Shown here piece after piece: positions 8,386 to 18,740 of a stretch of 64,000 nt of DNA. The DNA is from a virus (taxonomy: Duplodnaviria > Caudoviricetes). Location: IMG/VR virus record IMGVR_UViG_2513237213_000006, positions 1 to 64,000 of that record. The stretch is one strand, 5' to 3'. The notes beneath the pieces were generated by a model. The model was not told the origin of the DNA and searched no databases. It saw only the letters and a program-made list of their open reading frames with translations. How positions within the stretch are numbered: position 1 is the first letter of the stretch; every line of letters starts with the position of its first letter. A program made the position numbers and the translations under genes.

Positions 8386-8499
8386 CTCTTTTTGAAAAGA
8401 ATTTTTCGTGCTTGTCGTATGTAATTGTCAAAGAACAATATCCGTTGGGATAGGGTAGCAAGCCTTTCGGCTTCGCGCCCGTCCCTCAAGGACAAATAC

Positions 8500-8528
8500 A
8501 TCATACAACGAACGCGGGATAATGTCAA
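8500..8528 (-). promoter_or_regulatory. Sigma-A promoter P2 (leftward), duplicate of P1
   Basis: TTGACA-17-TATGAT; upstream GAAAAATTCTTTT.AAAAAG.G shared with P1. Confidence 0.85.
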
Positions 8529-8848
8529 CACTTTTTTAAAAGAATTTTTCACACATACGCGGGCACGCTTATATATTTTTACTAATAGAAGGAATGTGAC
8601 CAGGTACTAAATAAAACAAAAGTGGCCTCCGGCCTTATGTAACAAGGGCTGGCGGCGTGTTTCGATAGGTAAAAAACAAAGCATGGAAAAAATCACGGCT
8701 GGGGCGCGATTCGTGCTGATACTTGACATAGGTCAACTAACTAATAATGATTAACAAAGGTCAACTAACAATCGAAACAGGACAAATAAATTACTAAAAC
8801 ATGATAAACAAATAAATAGCAATAGGAAAACACGATATACGTATACAC

Positions 8849-9905
8849 AATATAATTGCATACAATTAAACTATACACAAAATAATAGATAAAACAAAGA
8901 AAATGTATACAGATAATAATTATCAATTAGCAAGTATGGCGGGATGACGGCTTATAGTAGGGTATAAACGATAATAAATGTAATACAAGCAATAGAAAAT
9001 ACAAGATAAAATAAAAATAATAGAATAGTATGACAATTGATAGGTAGGTGGTAGAATAGAAATATTTGACACAATAGAAAATGCAAGAACAATAAGAAAA
9101 ACGATAATAGAAATCTGATAACATAATACAATTAAATTGCATACAACTGAATGTTTGCAGCTTGTCGATTTGTATAGATAAATAAAGGGAGAATGATTAT
9201 CGAGATAACAAAATATAATTGCACACAATGAAAATAAAATATAAATTTTTTTGCGCGTATTATAGCAAATTTTGTTGTAACAGAACAGGGCACAAGACAA
9301 AACAAGAAAAGGGCGTGACCACTATATAAAGACAAAATACGGCGAACGTCCTGCATAAAACCATGTAAATAGCGTATAGCCTTAGAGCCGCAAGGGTTCA
9401 TGGTGTTTCTATTGCGTAAAATACGGAGTGACGAGCAAGGCAAATCGAAAACACTTGTAATGCACGATATATAAGGGCTGAGCGGGATTTTAAGGACAGT
9501 TTAAAAAACAGTATACGACAAAACAATTATACATGTGCTTGTATAAAATTACACGACCTATATAGCATGTAATATCTATTCCGCGACCGTGTTACGTGTT
9601 GGTGTTCCATTGTTTCAAAGTAACAGGTACACGGGGCAATTTTTCACAAACCTATTGGACACAACAGAACAGGCTTCGCCCCCTTTGATTGGTTCATGCA
9701 TCTTGGCCATATTTTTATTTTTTTCAATCCAAATCGGAGAAACTGTCATTAGCTCCAACAGTGCGACCAGGGCAGCTCCATTGATGTGATTGGCCGGAGG
9801 GCAGTTTTTGATATGCCTGTTTTTGTTTATATTTTTATATTGTCAGGGAGATTTTGCGGCAAAAATTTTTCTATATCCCTATATATTCGATTGTATACAA
9901 TTAAA
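8849..9905. repeat. AT-rich non-coding region with four ATTGYAYACAAY boxes (origin/operator candidate)
   Basis: Boxes at 8855, 9136, 9218, 9890 (the last a perfect palindrome ATTGTATACAAT); GGTCAACTAAC repeated at 8731 and 8759. Confidence 0.5.
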
Positions 9906-10112
9906 TTTATTAGCTGAAAAAGCGGCGTTTCATCCAGCATCTATGCGGTGTTACAGGCTCGTCGGGAAATCTTGTTACAGCTGATACAAGTTTGTTCCGG
10001 CCCGGCGTTTGGACAGAAATATTTTGATTTGGGCGTTGGAAAGTGTCGATTTTCACTGTAGGTAAAAAGTAGAGAGAGTTTGCGTCGCGTTCATCAGGAG
10101 GGAGGTGGATGT

Positions 10113-10427
10113 ATGGGGGCAAATATTGTGACTGGCTGGCAGTTGGTAAGCTACGCTATCAAATCGGGTAAGGTAAGTCATTCGGCGGCGGTTTTGTTGT
10201 TTGTTTTGATTGATAAGTGGAACGCACTTCACAGGCCGTTTAGCTTGAATATGACCAATGCTGCGCTTATGCAGATGGCTCATTTTGGCAGTCATGTTTC
10301 TTTGGACAAGGCGAAGCACGAACTGGAGGCCACTGGGTTTATCGTCATCAAGGCAAGCAAGAAGCGGTTCGGGACGGAGTATAAGATCTGTTTTGGGGCA
10401 TGGCCGGGAATGGCTGATGGTGTCTGA
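10113..10427 (+). CDS. Winged-helix protein resembling the N-terminal domain of phage replisome organisers (104 aa, possibly truncated)
   Basis: AVLLFVLIDKWN...TNAALMQMA...SLDKAKHELEATGFI...K..GTEYKI pattern; GGAGG RBS before ATG 10113. Confidence 0.6.
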   Translation: MGANIVTGWQLVSYAIKSGKVSHSAAVLLFVLIDKWNALHRPFSLNMTNAALMQMAHFGSHVSLDKAKHELEATGFIVIKASKKRFGTEYKICFGAWPGMADGV

Positions 10428-10990
10428 ATCAGACCAACAACAGAAGAGTATTATATTTATCTAATACTAACGTATTATCTAAATATAAAGGTGAGTGGGT
10501 TCTTCAAAGGTGAATCCTTCCGATTTGGCAATCGGTTCAGGCAAAGCCTGAATGTCTTGCAAGCAAGCCAACCTTCGGTCTTTTAGTTTTCTCTTTTCTC
10601 TCCACATCGGAGGAATGGTCAGGCAAAAAGAGAGCAGCGCGAGGCTGGCGCCGGGCATGGATAAGCCTTTCCGATTTGGTGACCATCGCGAATAAGTGGT
10701 ATTGATGACCTGCCACGGTCTGAAATTGCCGTATAAGCGGCTGTTTCTCATATTGGTTTTGTGCAATCAAAAAAGTGACCGCGAGAAACGCCGTCTAAGG
10801 CCGTTGAAAAAGGAAACGCATATAAACTATCGCATCGGAGTGTAAAAGGCGGCTACGCCGCGAATAGAGCCGTTAGGCTTAATTTCTCCGATTTGCAATA
10901 AAAATTACCCGCAATGGTGGCTTAGATGGCCAACATGGGGGGAATATGGTGCAGGCAACTGCCAAACCATACATGAAGGAGGTGGAAAAT

Positions 10991-11272
10991 ATGTATATCC
11001 CAGTCAAAGAACAGGAAACTGTTATTCAGATTGACCGCACTGGCGACATTGCTCGGGTGTATTCCACGGATGCAACCATGATCTGCAAGCTGGACAAAAA
11101 ATATGAGCGATACCAAGTCCACAAGCAGAACAGGAAAATCGTTGGTGTCGAGTATCGCGTTGATAAGCGGCTTCTTTCGTGGCGGTCTGCTCCGGCTGTA
11201 AGTCACATGACGGACGAGCAGAAAAAGGCTGCAGGGGAGCGATTGAAAAAAGCTCGGCAAAAGAAGAAGTAA
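10991..11272 (+). CDS. Conserved Firmicutes-phage hypothetical protein
   Basis: EQETVIQIDR...ARVYSTD...ICKLDK motif; AGGAGG RBS. Confidence 0.7.
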   Translation: MYIPVKEQETVIQIDRTGDIARVYSTDATMICKLDKKYERYQVHKQNRKIVGVEYRVDKRLLSWRSAPAVSHMTDEQKKAAGERLKKARQKKK

Positions 11273-11394
11273 AGCATCGATTCTAAGCCCGATTTTCTAC
11301 ACCGCACGGTGTACCTGACATCTGAGCACTATCAGGTGCGATAACTTATTAGGGAGTCCATCTAAACGCACTGAACTCAAAATTTACCAAACAG

Positions 11395-11437
11395 GCCGTG
11401 AAGCCACATCGCAGTAGGGCTTACGGCTATTTTGTTT
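11395..11437 (+). terminator. Intrinsic terminator-like hairpin upstream of terS
   Basis: GCCGT-G-AAGCC / GGCTT-ACGGC stem followed by ATTTTGTTT. Confidence 0.55.
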
Positions 11438-11565
11438 GCTGTTTTTGTGTTTTTTTGTAATTTTTTTTGAGATTTTTCCATTTCAGCCTCTGAAAATGTC
11501 GAATCTCACTATGAGTAATATATGGGGGGATAAATTTAGAGTCCTCCTAGAAAGGGGGCTGGCAC

Positions 11566-12111
11566 ATGGCAGGACAGTCCAAGATTGATAAACTGGGGCT
11601 GGGAGCCAAGGTTCTCGCCCTTCGACAAGACCTCACCTGTGAAGAGATTGCCGACGAGATCAACAATCGGTATCTTCCTGCAGGTGCAGAGCCTGTCAAC
11701 AAAATGACGATTTCGAGATACTGTACTTCCCACGGTATGACTGATATGAACCGAAACGACATTTCCAAGAGCGTCACCAACTTTGATGCGCTGGGCGAAG
11801 CCTGTAAGGTTAGGGACAGACTGGTCAAGCGCACCAACAAAATGGAGCGATTCCTCGATGAAATCAAAGAGGATGAGGAAAAGTTGTCGGAGTATGCAAG
11901 TATCAATAACGCATACCTGAACTGCTTACGACAGTTGAATGACCTCAATGAGTCGGTATCGAAAATCCAAAAAGAACAGCTGGGAATGAGCAAAGTGCGT
12001 CAGGTTTTGGGAGTAGTCCTGACAACGCTGAACAAGTACCCATCTGTTCGAGCAGAGATTTTTGAGCAGCTTCGCAATTCGGAAGTATACGAAACCATCA
12101 GAGCAATTTAG
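11566..12111 (+). CDS. Probable terminase small subunit
   Basis: N-terminal HTH plus coiled coil; immediately upstream of terL. Confidence 0.65.
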   Translation: MAGQSKIDKLGLGAKVLALRQDLTCEEIADEINNRYLPAGAEPVNKMTISRYCTSHGMTDMNRNDISKSVTNFDALGEACKVRDRLVKRTNKMERFLDEIKEDEEKLSEYASINNAYLNCLRQLNDLNESVSKIQKEQLGMSKVRQVLGVVLTTLNKYPSVRAEIFEQLRNSEVYETIRAI

Positions 12112-12119
12112 AGGTATTC

Positions 12120-13748
12120 ATGGCAAAGAAAAATCAGCTTAGATTCTTTGATGAACTTGCTGAGGCTATGGATAAGACCTCGAAAAAGGGGAATGGCACA
12201 GAAGCATTGCGGGTGCGGGTTCGGGACTGCGCCACATCACTGGAACTGTTTGCGAAAACCTATTTCCCGGATGTTTTTACATCTGAGTTCTCCGAACTGC
12301 ACAAAGAAATTTTCAAATCAGCGGAGGAAATGATTTTAAGGCGTAAACGCCGGAAGAATTACTATGTACGAGCCGCTCCGCGTGGCCACGGCAAAAGTCA
12401 GGTAATCAGCTACCTGTTGATTATTTGGTGCATTTGCTATAAGTACAAACAGAATATTCTACTCGTTTCTGATACGCTCGACCAGGCCAAGTCCTTCATT
12501 TCTGCCATTAAGACAGAACTGGAAGAAAATGAGCGTATTAAAGCCGACTTCGGCGACTTATCCTCTGAGGAGAAATGGGCACAGGACAAAATCATCACAT
12601 CCAACAAAGTTCAGGTTTATGGGCGCGGTGCTGGGCAGAAATTGCGCGGTAACAAATACGGCTCTATTCGCCCCGAGTTGGTCATCATTGACGATCTCGA
12701 GAACGATGAAGCTGTTGAAACTGAGGCACAACGCCGCAAACTATTCAACTGGTTTATGAAAGCCCTGCTGCCAGTAGGAACGCCGACCACCGACTATATC
12801 TTTATCGGGACAGTTTTGCATTATGAAGCATTACTGCAAAAGTTACTTACAGAGCCAACCTTCTCGATGTGGGACAGAAAGCGGTATCAGGCGGTCACAA
12901 AGTTTTCTGATTCTCCCTTGTGGGATGAATGGGAAACTATCATGCTGGACGAAAACAACGATAACGCTGGCGAGGATGCTTACAAGTTCTACAAAAAGAA
13001 CAGAGCGGAAATGCTAGAGGGCGTTGAGAGTCTATGGCCTGCAAGCGGTGCTGACTACTACGAAAACATGATGGAGCTTAGGGTGTCAGATCCTAGTTCC
13101 TTCGCGTCCGAGTATCAGAATGAACCGATTGATCCCTCGCAAGCAGAATTTTTGCCGGAATGGTTTGATTATTACTATGAACTTCCTGAAATTGTGGAGG
13201 TTTATGGTGCGTGTGATCCATCTTTGGGTAAAGCGAAATCAGACCGAGCGGCAATCATTTGGGCTGGCAAGGATAAGCAAGGCTACCTTTACATACTGGA
13301 TGTGCTAATGGGAAGGTATAAACCTGACCGAATCATTGACCTCATTATTGCAGGTTCTATGAAATATCAAAGCCACCTGAAAAGTGTGGTCATTGAAACA
13401 GTACAATTTCAGGCTATGTTCAAGGACGAGGTGGCCAAGCGTGGACTCAATGCGGGTATTCAAATTCCCATAACTGAGTTTAACGACAAAACCCCGAAAG
13501 AGGTTAGACTGCGCGGCCTTATCCCGCGTATCAAAAATAAATATATCAAATTCCGCAAAGACCAAACGGTGCTTGTAAATGAGTTCCTGCGGTTTCCAAA
13601 AGCGTCTGATGACGGCATGGATGCGGTAAATATGATTTGCTCTGCGGCTTTTCCGGTAACAGGGCAGAAACTTGTTTTTGGAGGTATATCCTCTAATATT
13701 AGACCAAAATTCAACCCGATGGGGGGTATATTCGCCAGATGGAGATAA
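12120..13748 (+). CDS. terL: Terminase large subunit
   Basis: Walker A APRGHGKS, Walker B VIIDDLE, nuclease motifs ACDPSLG and DDGMDA. Confidence 0.95.
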   Translation: MAKKNQLRFFDELAEAMDKTSKKGNGTEALRVRVRDCATSLELFAKTYFPDVFTSEFSELHKEIFKSAEEMILRRKRRKNYYVRAAPRGHGKSQVISYLLIIWCICYKYKQNILLVSDTLDQAKSFISAIKTELEENERIKADFGDLSSEEKWAQDKIITSNKVQVYGRGAGQKLRGNKYGSIRPELVIIDDLENDEAVETEAQRRKLFNWFMKALLPVGTPTTDYIFIGTVLHYEALLQKLLTEPTFSMWDRKRYQAVTKFSDSPLWDEWETIMLDENNDNAGEDAYKFYKKNRAEMLEGVESLWPASGADYYENMMELRVSDPSSFASEYQNEPIDPSQAEFLPEWFDYYYELPEIVEVYGACDPSLGKAKSDRAAIIWAGKDKQGYLYILDVLMGRYKPDRIIDLIIAGSMKYQSHLKSVVIETVQFQAMFKDEVAKRGLNAGIQIPITEFNDKTPKEVRLRGLIPRIKNKYIKFRKDQTVLVNEFLRFPKASDDGMDAVNMICSAAFPVTGQKLVFGGISSNIRPKFNPMGGIFARWR

Positions 13749-15058
13749 AGGCATTTGGCAGGGTGTTTCAAATGAGATTCGGCAAGCACTCGGACAGGGA
13801 GACGCGCTCAACGATTTTTGCGTTCGCGCAGACTGTTCCTAAAGCGTCAACGCCGAAACCCACAGAGAGAATGCTCCGAGATTTTTCTCGTTCTGCTATC
13901 CCTCACCGTGCGATTTCCCTTATCCGGGACGGTGTACTCGCACAGAATTGGAGGGTAGTACCTGCGAAAGCAGGTGATGGCCGGTCTTATAAACAGGCTA
14001 TCAGGGCGATTGAGAACATTATCAAGCACCCTAATGAAACAGACGATTACAGAACCTTTTGGGGACAGATTGTAAACGAAACATTGATAGGGGACAACGG
14101 TGCTGCAGAGATTGTTTTTACAGGCAATCCGACACAGCCCATGAAACTTTATCCTGTCAATGGCTTTTCGCTGGAGTATTGCCACGGATTCTTTGAAAAT
14201 CCGAAGCAGCCGCGATTCTGCCAGCGTCAAAATCAGTACAATCCTGTCTATCTTTATGACGAAGATGTTCTGTATATCCAACATAATAAAACAACCGACA
14301 GTGCTTTTGGATTGTCCCCGCTGGAGTCAGCGTATCGGCAGTTAATGGCACTGGGTTCGGCAGAAGAATACGCCGCTTTGCAGGCTTCACAGGCCATGCC
14401 CCGAAATGCCTTAAACTTGGGTGAGGGCGTGTCCGAGAATGATCTGAAAGCGTTCCGAAAATACTTTGCCGAAGAGGTTTATGGTAGCGGTCGTTCCCCG
14501 ATTATCGGCGGCACAAAAGGTGCGGGGAGTCTTAAAATTGGTGCTGAAGGTGACTCTGAACTGTTCCTCGAATGGCAGAAACACCTCATTACCATTATTG
14601 CCCTGTCGTTCGGCATCGATCCGAAGAAGCTGGGGCAAGGCTCTAACACTGACCGCTCAACCGTTGAAGAACAGAATGAGTCTATGCAGAACGAGGCTAT
14701 TCGCCCCATTTGCTTACTGATTCAGGACGCTATCAACGAAAAAATCATTCGCCGTTTGGGACTGTCCGATGCGGTAAAATTCGAGTTCTACTACGAAGAT
14801 ACGCACGACCAAAAGATGAAAGCCCAGCAAATAATCGTAGACCAATGGAACACCAACGCCTTAACCTTTGCGGAATACCGCGAGAAACTAGGCTTACCCT
14901 ATATTGACAGCCCATACAACGACATGACTCAGGCCGAGATGAAATCTGCTTTGAACAAAAAATACGCAGTTCAAACAGGCGGTTTTAATGGCGTGGGTAA
15001 AAACCAAAAAGATGGAGTTGACAAAAAGACCAATGGAGAAAAAAACACAAAGTCTTAG
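13739..15058 (+). CDS. Portal protein
   Basis: 439 aa after terL; HK97-portal-like motifs (GNGAAEI..., FGLSPLE, IALSFGIDP). Confidence 0.88.
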   Translation: MEIKAFGRVFQMRFGKHSDRETRSTIFAFAQTVPKASTPKPTERMLRDFSRSAIPHRAISLIRDGVLAQNWRVVPAKAGDGRSYKQAIRAIENIIKHPNETDDYRTFWGQIVNETLIGDNGAAEIVFTGNPTQPMKLYPVNGFSLEYCHGFFENPKQPRFCQRQNQYNPVYLYDEDVLYIQHNKTTDSAFGLSPLESAYRQLMALGSAEEYAALQASQAMPRNALNLGEGVSENDLKAFRKYFAEEVYGSGRSPIIGGTKGAGSLKIGAEGDSELFLEWQKHLITIIALSFGIDPKKLGQGSNTDRSTVEEQNESMQNEAIRPICLLIQDAINEKIIRRLGLSDAVKFEFYYEDTHDQKMKAQQIIVDQWNTNALTFAEYREKLGLPYIDSPYNDMTQAEMKSALNKKYAVQTGGFNGVGKNQKDGVDKKTNGEKNTKS

Positions 15059-16016
15059 TGTAATCAGCTTCTCTTCCATGCAAGATGCGAGTAATCCCGA
15101 TGTACTACCGTTTGAGGCAGTCCTGGGGTATGTAGATACTCCTACGGACGCAACGCCCTGCGGCGGTTATAGTGGTTACAAAACTACGCTTAGTTCTGAA
15201 AATATTGACCTTGATTCCCTCGTGGGTAGCGGTGTCAATGTCTGCTGGTCTTACTGGCCGGAAGATAATATGACTCGGCACAACCCGCGTTTTAAGGTTG
15301 GAGTAATCGATGCTGCCGAATTGGACGGTACGGCAATTAAGGCAAAAGGGCACCTGTGGAAATCTGATTTTCCCGATGTGTGCGAGGTCGTGGAAAACGC
15401 CAAAGACAGCCTCGGTTTCTCTGTCGAAGTATATTCTGACGGAATTAAGATAGACCACAGCGAGAAAAACGCAACTTGCTTGGGAGTCCATTTTACTGGG
15501 GCTTCTATTCTGTATAAGTCGAAAGCGGCTTTTCAGAAAACCAAAATCATGTGCTCTATCATGGGCAACGAAAAGGAGATTGACGAAGTGAACGAAGAAG
15601 TACAGAAAGCTCTTGACGAGCAGAATAAGGCTTTTGAAGAAAAGTTCGGTGCTCTCAATGAAACGGTTGGTAAGCTGACCGCAGCAGTTGAAAAGCTCTC
15701 TGCAAAGCCTGAAGAAAAGGAACCCGAACAGAAGGACGAGCCGCAGGCTATGGATTTTTCTGCTATGACGGATGCCATCAAGTCTGCAATCGCTGACGGT
15801 TTCAAGGCACAGAATTTCGGTGTACAGGAAAAGGCTCCGGAAGGTCGTAAGACTGAACAGAACCCCGGCACGGAAAAACAGCTGGATAACCACGAAAAAA
15901 CGGCTATGGAACTTTCCGCAGAAGTTCAGAAGGATGACAGCCTGACTCCCGCTCAGAAGTGGAGCAAGCAGCTGAGCATTTGGAACGAACATCGCGACGA
16001 GTTCGAGTCTAAGTAA
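15033..16016 (+). CDS. Prohead protease/scaffold protein
   Basis: Protease-like N-domain (H..RFKVGVI, LGFSVE, FTGASIL) plus acidic coiled-coil scaffold; alternative starts at 14988 and 15012. Confidence 0.75.
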   Translation: MEKKTQSLSVISFSSMQDASNPDVLPFEAVLGYVDTPTDATPCGGYSGYKTTLSSENIDLDSLVGSGVNVCWSYWPEDNMTRHNPRFKVGVIDAAELDGTAIKAKGHLWKSDFPDVCEVVENAKDSLGFSVEVYSDGIKIDHSEKNATCLGVHFTGASILYKSKAAFQKTKIMCSIMGNEKEIDEVNEEVQKALDEQNKAFEEKFGALNETVGKLTAAVEKLSAKPEEKEPEQKDEPQAMDFSAMTDAIKSAIADGFKAQNFGVQEKAPEGRKTEQNPGTEKQLDNHEKTAMELSAEVQKDDSLTPAQKWSKQLSIWNEHRDEFESK

Positions 16017-16029
16017 TTAGGCAAACAAA

Positions 16030-16314
16030 GGGTAGGGGTTATTTATTAGGTGCACGCCTCAGCCCTGTGGAGGTTTTGATACAACTCCATGAACTGAAAA
16101 AATAAAAACACCTAGTCGTGTGAGCAAAGAGAAACGAGACTCTTTCCATCACTTTTCTCATGGGTGTTCCGTCTTATCGTGGATGTTGAAAAATCCCGCT
16201 AAGTATCTATAAGCGTTGTGGAAATACTTGTTCTTATCCAAGAGGTGTAAAACACTGCTCCGATAAAGAGGTATGGTAGTTGATTCCGAATACTACTCAC
16301 GAAAGATAAAACAT
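16030..16314 (+). ncRNA. Structured intergenic element between scaffold and capsid genes
   Basis: About 350 nt without an ORF; stems TAGGTG/CACCTA, TGGAG/CTCCA, AAAGAG/CTCTTT, AAGTAT/ATACTT, GTAGT/ACTAC. Confidence 0.4.
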
Positions 16315-16340
16315 GAGAGCCGCTTTTGCGGTCTTTTTTT
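16315..16340 (+). terminator. Intrinsic terminator just upstream of the capsid gene
   Basis: GCCGC-TTTT-GCGGT stem plus T-run. Confidence 0.65.
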
Positions 16341-16373
16341 ATGCGATTTTTTATTTCAAAGGAGAAAAAATAA

Positions 16374-17375
16374 ATGGAACGTCTTTTTAACGGCGTAAGC
16401 CGTCAGATGAGTTTCGGCGCAGTAACTGCTGACTATATCGGCACTGGTGCTATCCATGTACCTGTTTTCGATAAGCCGATTCTCGACAACACCCGCAAGC
16501 GTGGTGTACTGCTTCAGCGTGTACCTGTAAAGGCAGCAACCGGCCACCCGACCCGCTATTTCGAGAAGGAGCCGCATGACAGCAAGCACCAGTTCATCAA
16601 TCCTCGCAACATTGACCACAACCTCGATACGACTCTGGACTACACGGAAAAAAGTGCTCTCGTGCGTGGTTTGGTCGATGGTATCACGTTCTCCAAGTTC
16701 GACCGCGAGGTGTACTACGATTCCCAAGGCGCTGGCTTTGGTGACCTGCAGGCTGATGCCCTGAATGAAATGGTTACGGATATGCTGGATGCCCAAGACC
16801 GCGCTGTGTGGACTGGTAACGCAACCGACCTGATGGACACCAAGAACCCCGAGTATTGCTCTGTTCTCACTCAGGTTAAAAAGAAGGGCACGATTGCTAA
16901 GGACTCCCGCATTGTTCTCGGTATCATTCAGAACGTGGCTGAACTGATGTACAACAAAAAGTACAATGTTCGCCCCAGCGCCATCTACATGAACCCGCTG
17001 GATAAGGCATTGCTCGACGAACAAGAAATGCTGGAGAAGGACAAGCTCAAGACTTTCACGATGGAAGTCGTTCCCGGCATTAAGGTAGACGCTATTATGA
17101 CTGCTGCTGGCATCCTGCCCATCATCTGCGACATCTACTGCCCGGTCGGCAAGATTCTCGTTGTTGATGAGAAACAGCTCGAACGTCGTTATGTGGCCTC
17201 TGCTGCACCGCGTGTGTACCAGCTGGGCACGGAAAAAGACCTCGCAACCCGCTTTATCGCTGTTCTGTTCGATACGTTCATCGTTAAGGCTGGCGAGTAT
17301 GGCCACAAGGTCATCACCATCGAAGGCCGCACCGAGGAAACTGTTACTCCGGCACAAGCTGCTGCTGGTAACTAA
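16374..17375 (+). CDS. Major capsid protein
   Basis: 333 aa after scaffold; strong AGGAG RBS; strongly biased codon use; position in head module. Confidence 0.85.
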   Translation: MERLFNGVSRQMSFGAVTADYIGTGAIHVPVFDKPILDNTRKRGVLLQRVPVKAATGHPTRYFEKEPHDSKHQFINPRNIDHNLDTTLDYTEKSALVRGLVDGITFSKFDREVYYDSQGAGFGDLQADALNEMVTDMLDAQDRAVWTGNATDLMDTKNPEYCSVLTQVKKKGTIAKDSRIVLGIIQNVAELMYNKKYNVRPSAIYMNPLDKALLDEQEMLEKDKLKTFTMEVVPGIKVDAIMTAAGILPIICDIYCPVGKILVVDEKQLERRYVASAAPRVYQLGTEKDLATRFIAVLFDTFIVKAGEYGHKVITIEGRTEETVTPAQAAAGN

Positions 17376-17389
17376 GATTAGTAAACAGG

Positions 17390-17422
17390 CTGGCTCTTCC
17401 CGATAGGGAGGGGCTGGCTTTT
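17390..17422 (+). terminator. Intrinsic terminator after the capsid gene
   Basis: CTGGCTCTTCCC-GATA-GGGAGGGGCTGG then CTTTT. Confidence 0.7.
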
Positions 17423-17444
17423 GTTACTGAAAAGGGGTGTATAA

Positions 17445-17612
17445 ATGGCAAGAAAGAAAAAGGAAGAAATCACGGAAGATGGTTATGTAAACATCGTTGA
17501 TGGAGTGCATAGCATTACGCTGAAACACCGTACAATTCACTGTCCGAATGGCGTTGCTTATGTGACACCCGAGGAAAAGGAAACTATCAAGGCTATGGGG
17601 CTGATTAAATGA
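17445..17612 (+). CDS. Small head-module protein (55 aa, MARKKKEEITEDG...)
   Basis: Hand-translated; AAGGGG RBS; ATGA overlap with the next gene. Confidence 0.7.
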   Translation: MARKKKEEITEDGYVNIVDGVHSITLKHRTIHCPNGVAYVTPEEKETIKAMGLIK

Positions 17613-18184
17613 ACTGCTATCTGACGGAACAGGAGTTATTGCCGTATCAGAACATCATGGATGAACTCACGATGGAAGATGCGCAAATGGCTTCAAGTCT
17701 GATTGACGGTTATTTAGGACGGTCTTTCGCTTTATCGCAGTTCACAGACCGCATTAAATTGCGGAAGGGCAGAGGAAAACTCAGTCATTCGCCTGTGGCG
17801 AGTGTAGACAAGGTGGTGGGAGTTTCCCGCTCCATGTTTGGCAAGGTGAAGTCCGAAATGTCCCCTGAAGTGATTGATCTTGATCCCGAAATGGATGGTT
17901 ATTTCACGCTCGAGAATGATTCAACAGACCTGACGGCAATGGTATTCAACACAGTTCCCGAAATGCTGCTTGTTACCTATACCAGCGGTTTTGCTGAGTA
18001 TCCTCAACGACTGAAAGACGCTTGCGGGATGCTTGCTTGCAACATTCGTCAGGCAAAATCCTTCGCTGGGGCAAAGCAATTAACCTCTTTGGACTTTCAG
18101 GTGCTTATGACGGATGATAGCTTCTTTACATCTGACATAAAACTGCTTTTGAAAGGGCTGAGTTACGATGTTCGCAATGTTTAA
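17609..18184 (+). CDS. Head-tail adaptor (gp6-like)
   Basis: Y.T..EL...ASSLIDGYLGR...VTYTSGF..YP..LK.AC..L pattern. Confidence 0.75.
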   Translation: MNCYLTEQELLPYQNIMDELTMEDAQMASSLIDGYLGRSFALSQFTDRIKLRKGRGKLSHSPVASVDKVVGVSRSMFGKVKSEMSPEVIDLDPEMDGYFTLENDSTDLTAMVFNTVPEMLLVTYTSGFAEYPQRLKDACGMLACNIRQAKSFAGAKQLTSLDFQVLMTDDSFFTSDIKLLLKGLSYDVRNV

Positions 18185-18740
18185 TCGGTTCAAAACACCC
18201 ATCAACATATACGGCAAAGAGCCGGAAAAGGCTGTTTTTGCTCGTGTGGGCAAGACTGGCTCATCCAATTTCAAATCCAATTTTGTGTATTCTGTCCTGC
18301 TTTCCGAAAAGACGAAACTGGAGAACGGCGATATTTTTACGGCAAAGACAGGTCTGCAGAAAAAAGAAAGCACATTTCTCGTTATATCGGTACGCCGCGC
18401 TGACGAGTCAATCCAAGCAACGGTATACAGGTGTAATGGTGTGGCCGATATTTACCGCGCAACACCCGAGTATGATGAGTTCGACCAGGTCATTGGCAAT
18501 ACCATAAAACTGGTTGATTCCGTAGCTGTAAACCATACTACAGTCAATGCCCAAATGCGACTACTGAACGCTGGCTTGTTGCCTAGCACTACAAAGGAAT
18601 TTCGGATGCCCAAATGCGACATCAAAGAAATGGACAGGATTATTCTCGATGGGGAAAAATACTGCGTAGATGCTATCGACAAGACCAAATTTGATGGTCT
18701 ACTGGCGGTTCAGACTTCTAACGACAACAGAACGCTGTGA
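18168..18740 (+). CDS. Probable head-closure/neck protein
   Basis: Position after adaptor; beta-rich. Confidence 0.55.
   Translation: MFAMFNRFKTPINIYGKEPEKAVFARVGKTGSSNFKSNFVYSVLLSEKTKLENGDIFTAKTGLQKKESTFLVISVRRADESIQATVYRCNGVADIYRATPEYDEFDQVIGNTIKLVDSVAVNHTTVNAQMRLLNAGLLPSTTKEFRMPKCDIKEMDRIILDGEKYCVDAIDKTKFDGLLAVQTSNDNRTL

Noticed and set aside
8923-9443. Minus-strand I/Y/F/L-rich ORFs
   Set aside because: Arise from the A-rich low-complexity strand; no RBS and no protein-like composition
10479-10770. Two minus-strand ORFs (95 and 77 aa)
   Set aside because: No recognisable motif or convincing RBS; cannot choose between frames
8631-11422. Loose AAGGGCT-containing motifs at about 8644, 9473 and 11416
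   Set aside because: Too short and degenerate to support a call; the third is explained by a terminator stem
15105-17357. Long minus-strand ORFs (295 and 333 aa) opposite the scaffold and capsid genes
   Set aside because: Antisense shadows caused by codon bias of highly expressed genes; the same applies to 19673-20425, 6216-7022 and 51032-51754
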